A DNA stretch of 64,000 nucleotides from a virus (lineage: Duplodnaviria; Caudoviricetes): IMG/VR virus record IMGVR_UViG_3300021255_000054; one strand, given 5' to 3'. Made by a program: the position numbers and the translations under genes. Each line of letters begins with the position of its first letter. The first letter of the stretch is position 1. This document shows positions 28,748 through 40,921 of the stretch, one piece after another. A model generated the notes under the pieces. It was not told the DNA's origin. It did not search any database and worked only from the letters and a program-made list of their open reading frames with translations.

Positions 28748-30101
28748 TATTTAATCCCTCCTTAGCTGCTAATAATGCTTCAAATTGTTTATCTACTAAT
28801 TCTGCATCGTGCCATTCACCCGTAATATAATAACACTATGTCTATTTCCCATCAATACGCTTTCGCGCGGATTCAACATTATATCCTGCCATAGGTAGCA
28901 CATCTTTTAATTTATTCCAAGTCATAATACGAGACGTGCGCTTCCTATTATCATCTACATCTGCGACTGCCATTTCTTCTGCCAGTTCTCTGCACTCTCC
29001 TACTGTTAGCCAACGCTCACGATATTTTTCTGGAATAGTCGGCACCCATACACGGATGTGCCGCTAGTAAGGAAACGTCATACGTGCCGCCTGAATTCGT
29101 TCATCACTGCGGAAAGAATTAACAATTAAATGACTAAAACGTTCATCATCTATGGTAATACCTTCACGTAAAGCTGCATTAACGACTACAAAGTTATAAG
29201 GCGGTGGAATAATATGGTCTTGTATAATTGATTCTAATACGCGCAATTGTTCTTTATCCATAGGCTTTTCTGTATTACTTCTTGAATGAATTTCAATAGC
29301 CTTGAATCCTTGTCTATTTGCGGCAGCTACGATTCCTTTATTAGGTTCAATAAATGGAGAATAGCACCAATAGCATGCTCCATTATCAGGATCTAAAGTT
29401 TTAATATGTTCTAGTATATTAGTAAAATAAACATCTTGAGTTAATCTATATCCTGCATCAATTTTACCTTTATAGCTCGCGCTAGTTAATAAATTATAGT
29501 ATTCTAGTACGCGTTTTGGAGTTGCGGACATACCAATACAATATATATCTTCATGTTGAATAATCTTTTCCCAAAAGCCTAATAAAATTAAAGGCATATA
29601 TTCTGGTTTAGAAGAAGAAGCTTGTATATGTACTAACACTTCACTACTAGTAATATCATTGCGCGCAAAATCAGTACTGCGCGCCTAGTTAAATGCATTT
29701 ATCGCAAAGTCAAACACAGCGTCACATTCGTCCCAACAAATGACATCTAACTCTTTTAAGAAATCCATATCTTTTGCTTTAAGTAATTTAAATCCAAAAC
29801 GCTGGTAACACATAATACCAATTTTATTGGGCGCCTCACCCCAAGTCTTTCCGGGCTGCCAAAATTCATCTGCATCACAGCACTGCGGATATTCTGCTAT
29901 AATCTAATCGCGCAATATCGTAGTAGGAACTAAAATCAGAATACGATTATATTGTTTATCGCGCGTAAAGTCTATTAACCTATTTGCAGCCCAGTATGTT
30001 TTGCCAGTCCTTATGCCACAATCTAGGATATTAAATAAGCCCTTCTATAAAGTAATTTCTCCTTGTAAATACTTGTCATCTACTGTTACCATTGGTAACA
30101 T
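28737..30101 (-). CDS. SF2 helicase-like / origin-binding protein, 454 aa (TAG=Gln)
   Basis: Walker A GIRTGKT, Walker B CWDECD, motif III SAT, EGITID, QAAR; fragments in one frame. Confidence 0.8.
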
Positions 30102-30129
30102 ACTACCACCTCCAGTATATAATTATTAT

Positions 30130-30560
30130 ATTATAAATTCAAGAAAATGTCAAGTGTTCATTTTCTGTCACTAAAATGTAAAAAGCAACTCACTCAATGA
30201 GTATATTTTCTTCACAGGTAATAAATTTTTAACTAAAATTTTTGAGCTGATTTTTGACGACACCCCCCCCCCCTATAATGTAATAAAAAAAATACTCACT
30301 TTTTATAATAAAAAATTCCCTTATATAATTAATAAATGGGATGCGGAGCGCCGAAGGCGCGGAGCGTGCCATTTATTAATTAGGCGACGCGCAGCGGCGC
30401 CCAACAAATAATTTTAAATAAATTATCAAATTTCATTTTTAATTTTAAAATAATAAAATAAATTAAAATTTATTATTTAACTTGCCCGAAAACAACCCCT
30501 ATTTTATTATGTCAAATACTTGACTTGAAGTAATTTTGTATGATATAATAAGATAGAAAA
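30130..30560. other. AT-rich divergent intergenic region, candidate origin/control region
   Basis: Strand switch point; C11 run; 14-bp inverted arms 30326-39/30369-82 around GCGCC-GAA-GGCGC; divergent promoters. Confidence 0.5.
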
Positions 30561-30814
30561 AGAAAATCCTATGTTTTTAACTTATACGTGAATGTTTGAC
30601 AAAAGTAGCAAATTTGGCACGTACCCATATTATCCCTCTCTCCACCCGCAATTTCGTATCTCCCCTCAATCCGTCTATCTCCCACACCCTCCCTTCTACG
30701 CCAACCCCTATTCTACCCCTATCCTTTCCTTCTTTTTAACTATGTCTCGATGTTCCATTTTGTTTAAATGGAATTTTGTTTTTAACCATAAATTCACCAC
30801 TGAGGTGATTCAAT

Positions 30815-31105
30815 TTGAATTTAAAATCCCAATTGAAATATTTAACGGACGAAGACGGTCCAAATATACCATTACGTACCCTCGCACTCTATTGCGCGGT
30901 TTCGCATACCACGCTAAGTAAATGGTTAAATGATAAGATTAATGTGAGTGAGGAACTATAGTAGTAGATATAGGATGGTATTAAGGATTTCGTACTAGAT
31001 GTATGCGGAGTGATGGATGACAATGACAGGTTTTATTATAGATACCTACAACCCGAGGAGTATGAGAGATAGAAATTGCGCGATAAGTACGTTCTAGGTA
31101 AATAA
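30815..31105 (+). CDS. XRE-like HTH protein with TAG-TAG-TAG-ATA-TAG run (not in ORF track)
   Basis: GAGGTG SD, TTG start; IPLRTLALYCAVSHTTLSKWLN HTH; five in-frame TAG; TAA stop. Confidence 0.7.
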
Positions 31106-31253
31106 GAGTTAGTATGCAATTAAAGAAGTAGAAATTGGATTGGATGGATTGCCGCAAATCGACTAGGTAATTGGGCAAGAGTTCCCATTAAGTATTTTTA
31201 AAGTGTACAACAGTGTCGAAGAGGCAATGGAGTATGTAAGGAAGGTGAGATAA
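31023..31253 (+). CDS. Hypothetical protein (3 TAG=Gln)
   Basis: GGAGTG SD; ends TAA abutting the next ATG. Confidence 0.55.
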
Positions 31254-31961
31254 ATGGCAACTACTAAAACTTTTTCTTATAGATATAATTTTACAAATAA
31301 ACCCGCTACTTTTAATTTGCCTACTCCTTTAAATTCATTACGAATGAGTAACTATTTTAGTGTAATTTCTAATTATACAGTTAGTTGGAATATAAATGTT
31401 TCAATTCATAATAGTGGTAGTAATGTATCTTCTAGTGTTTGGCTACTATTTGGTTCATCTTAGCCATAGCCTATAAGTTCTGGTACATATAAAGCATCAT
31501 TTTCAAACTTAGCAGGTAATAGTACGACTACTCTTAATATTACAGGAACTATGGGTTCAAAACCTTCAATTACTGATTTTTATAATTTAAATTATACAAT
31601 AGGATTTGGAAAAGCATCGTCATATATAACTATAAATAGTGCATCAGGCTATATAATATGGTCTTTTACTATTAATAACTTTCCAGCTAAAGGAGAAATT
31701 ATTTCTTCTTCTGAATTAGATGCATATAATAGACTAGTTACTATAAGTGATCATGATTTTAATCATACTGGAGTTATTACTACTGCGCATGGAAAAGCTC
31801 CATATAATAATACTAATACGACAAATGGTGCAGGAACATTTTATTTAACTTCTGGTTCATCATCTGGAGGTTTAGGTTCAGATTCAGTTTCTGATCCTAT
31901 TTCAGTTACTCCATTAAATAATTTAATTAATATAATACCAACCCCGCGTGTTTTTACGTAA
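31254..31961 (+). CDS. Ser/Thr/Asn-rich beta-type protein, probably virion-associated (TAG=Gln)
   Basis: Two track ORFs joined in frame by TAG-CCA-TAG. Confidence 0.65.
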
Positions 31962-31976
31962 AAGGAGAATTTCATT

Positions 31977-33423
31977 ATGGAAATGAATGTTTGGAAGCTT
32001 CATAAATGCAGGATGAGATATTATATAAAGCATCCCCTATATATATTTAAGCAAATTAGTAAAAAGTTAAAGTACTGCTGGCAGCGTATTACCAAAGGAT
32101 ACTGTGATGTTGATATATGGAATTGGGATGAGTGGTTGCTTGAGCTAATGCCGCAAATGCTTGATGAACTTGCGACAGTTACTGATGCGTATCCGGATAT
32201 TATTGTTGGATCGCTAGATGAATGGAAGAAATATTTGCGCGGTCTTGCGGCAAACCTGCGTTTGTATAAGGATATGGATAATACTATAGATATAGAACAG
32301 TATGATACTTGGGCCGAATTTAATAAAGCAGCAACCCAAGTACGCGAAGAGCAAGAAGCTATTTTGGAAGAAACATTTATTGAAATTGCTAAAAATTTAA
32401 GACGGATGTGGTGGTAATGGTTGCTAATTTGATTTTAAGATAGGGAAGGTATATATGCGGCGAATGTTTAATGCGGCAAGCCGATAAACTTACCCCCTAT
32501 TGTAGATTTTGCGGCGCTTCATTCTCTAACTACGAAGATATGGTTATTTAGAAGTATCTAGATTTGGAGGATGAAGAATGTTAACTGCGCGCGAAGCATT
32601 AGCAACTGCGAATTTAAAAACACCGCAAGACTTCTCACTACATAAGCATTTGGAAGTAAGAATATGGGATACAATTGCTAATGGGGGTACCCATATTCTA
32701 TATGGCGGCGAATTGCCGCAAAATGTTAAAGCCGCATTGGTTGCACTTGGATATACATTGACATTTTACTAGAGTGATAATGGTAAAGATTTAGTTAGAA
32801 TAAGTTGGGAGAATGTTAGATGAAGATTTTAGTATTTGCTAATAGGGAACAGTTTAGGAAGATAAATGGCGGTGTTTGCGCGAGAGACGAAGTTATATTA
32901 GAGGATGGCGCGAACACCGTTATTTTATGTAGAGATAGGAATATGCGCGAAAAGGTTAAGTTTTGGCATCCTAATAGGGTATATGTACCGCTAAATAAAA
33001 TGCGCGAAGCTATTTTAACATTAAGTGTAGGTACTGTACTATATCCAACTGAGGTATTTGACTTTTGATTTAATTTAAATTATAATATAAGTAAGAAAGG
33101 AGAATAGTATGATTTGGAATTTTATTATTGCTACTGAGCATTATAAGGAAGACTGTAATATATTAGACTAGGCATTTGGTAAGGGTAGAAGAACTAGTGA
33201 GATTGCTGAATATTATACTGAATGGATAACTATTACAGTAATTAATTGGGAAGGACATTCTATAAATTAGTTTCGTGGTAGGCGCGCGGATGTATTATAC
33301 GTACCTTTTAGCGCGTTTAATAATGATGAATTATATTATACTATCTTGCAGCCAATCACTGCTACAATTCGTACTACGGAATCAATGATGGAACGTATTA
33401 AGTATTATTTGACTAAAAAATAA
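31977..33423 (+). CDS. Five small hypothetical genes (31977-32417, 32417-32584 Zn ribbon, 32578-32823, 32820-33068, 33109-33423)
   Basis: Overlapping start/stop coupling is restored only when TAG is read through. Confidence 0.6.
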
Positions 33424-33458
33424 AATTATATTATAATATAAATAGAAAGGAGAATAGT

Positions 33459-33815
33459 ATGTTTAATATAAGAATTGGTACATTTGAAACTAATTCATCT
33501 AGTGTGCATACGCTTGTTATGTGCAATGATAAGCAATGGAAAGATTTTAACTTTGGTAACTTGGTGCTAATGAATAATAGCGAATTACTAACGTTAGATG
33601 AATTTATACAGAAAATCAAGGATGACTGTAATGAAGACCTAAGCGGCAAATCCTTTGATGAACTTCAGGAATGGTGTGAAGAAGAAGGTTATGATACAAT
33701 AGATAACCTAGATACATTCCTCGATAATGAACGTTTCGAAACATACCACGATAGTTATACGACTGACAAAGGCGATGTAGTACACGCCTTTGGGGTTTAT
33801 GGGCAGGATTATTAA
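33459..33815 (+). CDS. Hypothetical protein with FETNSSS.H motif, radical-SAM partner
   Basis: N-terminal motif; directly upstream of the radical SAM gene. Confidence 0.65.
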   Translation: MFNIRIGTFETNSSSVHTLVMCNDKQWKDFNFGNLVLMNNSELLTLDEFIQKIKDDCNEDLSGKSFDELQEWCEEEGYDTIDNLDTFLDNERFETYHDSYTTDKGDVVHAFGVYGQDY

Positions 33816-33817
33816 AG

Positions 33818-34711
33818 ATGACAAAGATATTAGGTGCTTATAATAATGGTAATTATACTGTTGTAATATTTGAAGATGGAACTAAGATTCGCGTTAATAG
33901 AGAAGATAAACTAGTCGCGCGCTTTCCTGAATCAATTGATATGAAGATTAGTGATAAATGCGATAGAGGATGTCCTATGTGTCACGAGTGTAGCACACCC
34001 GACGGTGAGCTCGCACCTTTTCTATTGATTCATCCGCTATTTGAAAGCTTACATCCATATACGGAGTTGGCGCTCGGTGGTGGCAATATATTCGAACATC
34101 CAGATTTATTCCCTTTTCTTACAAAAATGCGCGATCAGCATATTATATGTAACATTACTGTACATCTAGACCACTTTATGGATAATATTCTGACTATTAA
34201 AAGTCTAGTAGAGAGTGGATTAGTACACGGAGTAGGTATTAGTATCTCGCGTCCTGTTACTAATTATGAACTACTTATGATTGAGTCTGTGCCTAATGCA
34301 GTTGTACATATAATTGCAGGTATTGTTGATTTTGATACATTAGATTCATTATCTAATGAGAATATTAAATTACTTATTCTTGGATACAAGGACTATGGGC
34401 GCGGTACTAAGTATCTCTCAGCTCACCCTGAGGTAGATGAAAATATTCAGAAGTTAGAAGATGCGTTACCACTACTCCGAGATAAATTCTTCTCAATTAG
34501 TTTCGACAATCTCGCACTTGAACAGTTACATATGAAAAAGCATATGACTAAAGAAGAGTGGGATGAGAGCTATATGGGTGATGATGGACAATTTACTATG
34601 TATATTGATATGGTAAAACTAGAATACGCTAAGTCCTCAACCTCGATGCGACGTCCACTTACACATAATAATATTGAAGTTTTATTTGAGGATATAAAAG
34701 ATGGATTTTAA
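33818..34711 (+). CDS. Radical SAM protein
   Basis: CDRGCPMCH (CxxxCxxC), ALGGGN. Confidence 0.85.
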   Translation: MTKILGAYNNGNYTVVIFEDGTKIRVNREDKLVARFPESIDMKISDKCDRGCPMCHECSTPDGELAPFLLIHPLFESLHPYTELALGGGNIFEHPDLFPFLTKMRDQHIICNITVHLDHFMDNILTIKSLVESGLVHGVGISISRPVTNYELLMIESVPNAVVHIIAGIVDFDTLDSLSNENIKLLILGYKDYGRGTKYLSAHPEVDENIQKLEDALPLLRDKFFSISFDNLALEQLHMKKHMTKEEWDESYMGDDGQFTMYIDMVKLEYAKSSTSMRRPLTHNNIEVLFEDIKDGF

Positions 34712-35749
34712 TGCATATAATATGAAAATGCTTGCCGAAGAAACGCGCAATTCACAAAATCAAGAAAAATATAAAGATATTATGAAAGCAATAATCGAAG
34801 CGGCGCACGCGGGTAAAAACTTTATTGATGTAAAAGAACTTACTTATCAATGTGCACAATGGCTAACGCAATTAGATTTTGCTATTTATAAAAGACGGTT
34901 AGATAATCGTTGGACTGTTGTAGATGATGGTGATTGGTGTGGTTATCCGTCTATGTATGAAGTAGAAAATATATATCAAATTAGATGGTAAAGGAGAATA
35001 AGTATGCCTAAAAATTTAATCGAACTGGCGCAGATGATTAGTAAGAGAGACGGAATTTCCTTTAATGAAGCAATGACATGCGTGGATGAATGCGCGGCCG
35101 AGATGGAATCAGCCTTTATGCGCGGGAGCCTTAATGCCGCAGAGGACGCGCTTCGTGACTGCTTAGGTTTGGAATTGGATTATCTGGATCTCTTTATTAA
35201 TTAATAAAAGGAGTAATAATGATAGTAAAGATTGATAGAAAAAAGGAAACGTATGGTTATCTAGAAGGCGGTGATGTCTTCTTTGATGAAGAGCAGCCAT
35301 TTGTTTATTATATGGTAATTAAGAATGGAAATGGTGAATGCGTGCGATTAGATAATGGCGCACGTGATTCATTTGAGTATTTACATAAAGTATACCCAGT
35401 TGAAGCAACATTAATTGTAAAGTAAGGAGTAAGTATGGAAGTTTTAAATTATACTAAAGATGTCCCGGCCATTGTATTAATTCCTCTACTATTCATTATA
35501 CTAGGTGCTTGCGCGCTTATAGGTGCTTTTATATGGGCCTATACAGAAAGTGAGTGGGATGGCACAACTATTGCTACTGCAATTATTTCTTGTATAGTAT
35601 TAGTTTGCGGCATAATTTGGATTAGTACGATCAAAGAGAATGTCTATGTATTCGCGCGAATGACTGATGAAAAGTCATTTACTGAAATGGTAAAGGATTA
35701 TGATTTCATTGAGGAAGTCGCAGGAATTTATAAGTTGCGGCTAAAGTAA
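34701..35749 (+). CDS. Four small hypothetical genes (34701-34991, 35004-35204, 35219-35425, 35435-35749 membrane)
   Basis: Intact ORFs with SD motifs. Confidence 0.65.
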
Positions 35750-35901
35750 CTTGACAATTAAATAAAAGTATGGTATAATAAGGATAGACAGGATAGGTCT
35801 ATCCTATTTTTATATGTTTTAAAATAAAAAAACTTTAAAAAGAAAAAGAAAATATATTAAATACTATTTAGTTAAAAAACAATTAATATGGAGGTGAAAG
35901 A

Positions 35902-36102
35902 ATGAAAGAAGTTGAAATGCTTCGTGCATTAAAAGAATATGGTATTAGTATTGCTTTATTGGCGCGCGAATGTAATTGCGCACGACCAACAATTATAAAT
36001 TATATTAATGGCGCGAGCCTACCTACTGGCACGAAGTAGATATTGATAAGAGATGGATTAAAGAATTTTTTAAATAAATTAACAGAAATTATAGAGGAGT
36101 GA
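35902..36102 (+). CDS. XRE-like HTH protein (one TAG), paralog of 30815..31105
   Basis: GGAGGTG SD; ISIALLARECNCARPTIINYING; DGLKNF vs DGIKDF. Confidence 0.7.
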
Positions 36103-36107
36103 CTTAA

Positions 36108-36275
36108 ATGACACTATTCCCAATATTCTCGCGGCGAATTGCACTTGAACTAGAAAAACACGGGTTTGACATTGTTAAAATGGCACCTAATCGTAATAAA
36201 CCAGAACTTCAAGTGTATTATTTTGAAGAGACAGAAGCATTACATAAAGCCGCCCAAGAGCTTATAAGAAAATAA
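36108..36275 (+). CDS. Small DUF5659-like protein
   Basis: IFSRRIALELEKHGF...PNRNKP...VYYFEET. Confidence 0.55.
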   Translation: MTLFPIFSRRIALELEKHGFDIVKMAPNRNKPELQVYYFEETEALHKAAQELIRK

Positions 36276-36316
36276 TCTTGGATTCTATACATTCTAATTA
36301 TTCGGAGTTGATATTT

Positions 36317-36706
36317 ATGGCAAATTATAAAAACCAAAATGTAATTACTAATATATCAGTAGAGAAAATACAACATAATGAAAAAGTACAAGAATCTTGG
36401 ATGCGTCCATTTCAATGGGATAAGATGAAACAGATGATGTATTTACTTTCTGGTAATGAATATAAATTTTATATGTATCTATTTAGTTGGGCAGGTAAAA
36501 CAGAATATGAATTTTCTCCTGCCGACTTGGTTAAACGTTTAGATTTTGGAGAAGATACCGCGCGAAAAATATTTAAACATTTTATTGAGTTAGGTTTTTT
36601 AGTACAACAAAGTAATCATAGATATATATTCGATGCTTACCCATCAAAAGCGGTAGAAGCATATAATCTTAAATGGACACAACAAAATGGCGGCGAAGTT
36701 GTATGA
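36317..36706 (+). CDS. Winged-helix replication initiator-like protein
   Basis: LSGNEYKFYMYL...SPADL...TARKIFKHFIELGFL; immediately followed by iterons. Confidence 0.65.
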   Translation: MANYKNQNVITNISVEKIQHNEKVQESWMRPFQWDKMKQMMYLLSGNEYKFYMYLFSWAGKTEYEFSPADLVKRLDFGEDTARKIFKHFIELGFLVQQSNHRYIFDAYPSKAVEAYNLKWTQQNGGEVV

Positions 36707-36903
36707 TTTTTTCATACAACTTTTTGCCTATTTTTTTCATACATAAACTTGTACGATTTTTTCATACAAGTTATTGCCCGATTTTTTCATACTAGTTTTA
36801 AGAAAGTTGTATGATTTTTTCATACAACATTGCCGATTTTTTCATACAACTTTTTAAAGTTGTATGATTTTTTCAGACAGGTTGTATGATTTTTTCATAC
36901 AGA
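36698..36903. repeat. Iteron-like array, ~8 copies of GATTTTTTCATAC, several as palindromic GTTGTATGA-T5-TCATACAAC
   Basis: Direct reading; followed by an AT-rich tract at 36904-36960. Confidence 0.85.
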
Positions 36904-37109
36904 AATATAAATAATAGAAATATATATAATAAGAATATAATAAAAATAAAATAAAAATATGGCGCATTCGCGCGCAAATTGTCCCGAAAAATGGGTTATT
37001 GAATGCGGTAAAAATTACCGCATAAATTTTCAAAAAATATATACTGAATTTCATTAAACCTTATTACATACCTATGATGAAAATAACAGTATATAAGGGG
37101 TGAAGTTTA

Positions 37110-37559
37110 ATGAAAAAATGCTGCCCTCAGACCCTGCAGAACGCAGTTTTATGTAGAATTTATCCTTGGAGTAACTATAATCTAAATCTAATAATGCACT
37201 GGCTTTATGAACAGGCGCAAAAAACTGGCTTTACTGGCACCTTTGAAGATTTCTCATCACGTTATGGTTAGTATCTAGAAGATCTAGCACCAGCCTATGA
37301 AGGCGAATATCACATCACACCACTTTCTGTAGAACAAATACTTGATACTAAAAATAAAATACTTAGTGAAAATATCATAATAGATCCAATCCCTTCATAT
37401 GAAGAATTTACGGGCCAGTATAGAATCACACCTATGGCAAATGTTGATTAGATTTTGCGCACAAGTGGCCGCATTACAACAGATGATATTATAGTTGAAC
37501 AAATTCCATACTACGAAACAAGTAACGATGCTGGTGGATATACTGTAATAATAGGATAA
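37110..37559 (+). CDS. Virion structural protein with internal repeat (TAG=Gln)
   Basis: Repeat VEQ(CAA)ILDT vs VD[TAG]ILRT. Confidence 0.65.
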
Positions 37560-37572
37560 GGAGGAAAAGCGC

Positions 37573-38178
37573 ATGGCGAATCAATTTAAAAATAAAGTCA
37601 TCTATGGCGGCGATGTGTTAATTGACTTAACCCAAGATGATGTTACTGCGGCAGACGTAGCAGCAGGCAAAAAGTTTCACTTACCTTCTGGCGCGATTGG
37701 TGTTGGTACTAGCACTTACGATGCTGATACTTCTGGCGCAACAGTTGTTGCTGCAGAAATTTTAAGCGGCAAAACCGCCTACAAAAATGGTGAAGAAATC
37801 ATTGGTACAATGCCTAACCGTGGCGCGCAAAGCGGCTCTATTACCACAAAAGAAGGTACAGTTGTAATTTAGCAAGGCTATCACGATGGTTCTGGCACAG
37901 TTGGTATTGACAGCACTGAATAGGCAAAAATAATTGCTTCAAATATTCGTGAAGGTATTACTATTTTAGGTGTTACGGGCGAAATGAATGGTTCTGAAGA
38001 TATGTAGGCTACTGCCGCAACCATTACACCCTACACTACCGCACAAACAATTACGCCTACTGATCTAGGCAATTACAATGCAATTAGCCAAATTAATGTC
38101 GCGCCAATTGCATACGTAGAAACAGATAATGCAGCTGGAGGCGTAACTGTTACGATTGGCACTGTCGCTCCCAGCTAA
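37573..38178 (+). CDS. Tail-associated structural protein (TAG=Gln)
   Basis: NKVIYGG.VLIDLT.D, GYHDGSG; single frame to TAA. Confidence 0.7.
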
Positions 38179-38191
38179 GAGGTGAGCGCAA

Positions 38192-38704
38192 ATGATTAAC
38201 AAGGTTATATACGGAGATTAGGTTTTAATGGATATTACCGACACTACCGCAGCCGCGAATAATGTAGTACAAGGTAATGTCTTCTATGGCGCCAATGGCG
38301 CCCGCACCGTAGGCACTCTTGGCCTTGTAACCACTACAACCGATGGGTTAATGAGTGCATTAGATAAAGTAAAATTAGATGGTATTAATATTAAATATCG
38401 CACTACCGCAGAATGGAATAATGATAGAAATTATGTTCCTGCTCGCGGCGAGATATGTATATACTCTGACCACGGTACTTTAAATGGTGCCGTGGTCCCT
38501 GGTGTAAAAATTGGAGATGGAAACGCTTATTGTATTGATTTACCATTTGCTAAAGATGATGTAATTGCGCGCGTAGAATCTCTAATCACAACTCATATCA
38601 ATAATACAACAATTCATACTTCACCTGAGGAAAAGGCACTATGGAATAGCAAAATAACTTGTTCCATCTCAGATGAAAACTTAATATTTGAAACCGGAGA
38701 GTGA
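38192..38704 (+). CDS. Tail fibre-associated protein (KIGDG motif)
   Basis: DGLMSALDKVKLDGI, PARGE, VKIGDG. Confidence 0.7.
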
Positions 38705-38709
38705 ATTAA

Positions 38710-39669
38710 ATGGCAGAAATTAGTAAAATTACGTTGCCTTCTGGTCAAACGTATGACATAAAAGACGCAACCGCGCGTGCTGCTATCGCAGGTGGCACCT
38801 CATTCTTAGGCGTAACTACTACTGAACTTACCAATGGCGCCGAGACCGCTACTATTACTGTGGGCGGAAAAAGCATATCAGCAGTAAATGGCGGCATGGT
38901 TATCTATGGTAATAAAGAATTTGTATATTCTACTTCTGATAACTAGTGGCATGAATTCGGTGATTTATCTGATCTAGGTGACTTGGCTCACAAGGATTCC
39001 GCAAGCGGCAACTTTACTCCCGCTGGTACTGTAAGCCAGCCAACCTTCACAGGCACATCTCTAACCTCAACTGGCTCTGTAACCGCGGAAGGCTCCGTGT
39101 CTCAGCCAAGCTTTACTGGTACTGCTAAGGATGTGTCTGTAAGTGGTACTCCTTCAGGCACAATTGGCGTTGGTACTGGCACCGCAAACTATACACCAGC
39201 AGGTAGCGTAAGCGCGCCAACTATTACTGTAACTCCTGCGACCGCGACTAAGTATGTTGCTGCTAGCGCAACTGGCGGTGGCACTGTAACTGCAGGTACT
39301 GCGGCTTCTTGCACTATGCCTGTACTAGAGACAACTGTTAACGAAGAGAACTTAGTTCTAAACTGGACGGACGGTAGCTTCACAACTAATACACCAACCG
39401 CGGTTACATTACCTAGCTTTGCAAGTCAGACAATTGTATCTGGTATTACTAGCGCATCTGCAACAGCTCCTGAATTTACAGGTACTGGTGCTTAGTTAAC
39501 ATTTACCGGTAGCACAATGACTTCTACTGGTTCTTATACACCAGCGGGTACTGTTAGTAAGCCTAACTTTACTGGTAGCGCGGTCGAAGTATCCGTTAGC
39601 GGCACTCCAGCAGGTACTGTTTCTAAGCCTACATTTACAGGTACTCAGGGTACGGTTACAGTATCCTAA
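38710..39669 (+). CDS. Thr/Gly-rich fibre protein with TPAGTVSxPxFTG repeats (TAG=Gln)
   Basis: Repeats visible; fragments in one frame. Confidence 0.75.
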
Positions 39670-39693
39670 TTTTTCCTACAAGGAGGGTCTTAA

Positions 39694-40221
39694 ATGGCTG
39701 ATATTTCAAAAATAACCCTTCTAAATGGGAATTAGTATGATCTAAAAGACACTACAGCAAGGCGAAGCGTTATAGGATACGTTGCATCAAGTTCAGAAGT
39801 TATAGCGCCGTATTAGACGGATGCAGATTATAAAACAGGTTTTATAGTATGGAATTATACTAATAGAAATTTAAATGCTGCAGTTGCTATTTATGATGCT
39901 TCTAATCATAGACGAATTGCTACAAGTGCAACCGTGAGAGTTTATAATATAAACTCATATAGAGTATGGAATACTGATATTATCACTAATCGCTCATTAA
40001 CTCGTGGCATATACTTATGCGAATTATATGATGATATCATTACTTTTTATTTATTAACTCCAGAATTTCCTAAGTATGTAATTGATTAGTTAAAAAGTAT
40101 ACAACCTGAAACTATGGAAAATGTTAAAACCATACTATCTAAGTACGGTCTTGATACAACAACAGTTTACACAGAACCGACCGCAGATACAGCTACGGCC
40201 GATGGAACTATAGTACAATAA
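39694..40221 (+). CDS. Structural protein sharing the MA.ISKITL..G..YD.KD N-terminus
   Basis: N-terminus paralogous to the 38710 gene; TAG aligns near Gln. Confidence 0.6.
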
Positions 40222-40236
40222 GGAGGTACATTATAA

Positions 40237-40479
40237 ATGGCATATACTCCTACAACTTGGAGCGCTGGTGATACAATCACTAGCGCCAAATTAAATAAAA
40301 TTGAATAGGGCATTGTAAATGCTGGCGAAAGTGCTGGCGTACTGATGGTTGATATTTTACATGAGGAAGTTAGCAACGGTACTAGATATTATACTAGTAA
40401 AACTTATAATGAGATCAAAGAAGCTTTTCTAAGTGGAAAAACGGTTATTATAAGAGAAGAAGTAGAAGAAGGGGAATAA
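40237..40479 (+). CDS. Small structural protein, MAYTPTTW..GD.IT..KLNKIE[TAG]GI
   Basis: Common phage tail N-terminal motif, normally NKIEQGI. Confidence 0.65.
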
Positions 40480-40921
40480 AAATAAATGTATTACTATGGA
40501 ACTGTATGGGAAATAAGTGATAACGGCGTATCTGGTAGGTTGGAGGATCCATTTTCAGGGAATGCAATGATATCAAATGATTTAAATAGCCCATGCGAAT
40601 ATATAAAATATGTGGCTGATGATTAAAAATGATAATGTACTATATATTAGATGCTAACTATATATTAAATAATCATCCATACTACGAGATTTATACAGGG
40701 AAAGTATTAGAGGCCGATCCTAATAATCCCGATTTGCCATATGAATTCATTCAAGGGGAGGTGTCTGAATGATAATATATTATACGAAATTATCATTTAT
40801 GTCAACTTCAAGTGAAAGTGTAACAATTCCAGCAAAAGTAGCAGGCTTCTTGCAATATGTATCCGATGATTCCCCACTTGAATATATTTACAGAGAAGAG
40901 CTTTAATAGAGGTGATCTTAT

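Noticed and set aside
30592-30921. 109-aa Pro-rich ORF
   Set aside because: Derived from a C-rich low-complexity tract and overlaps the better-supported HTH gene in another frame.
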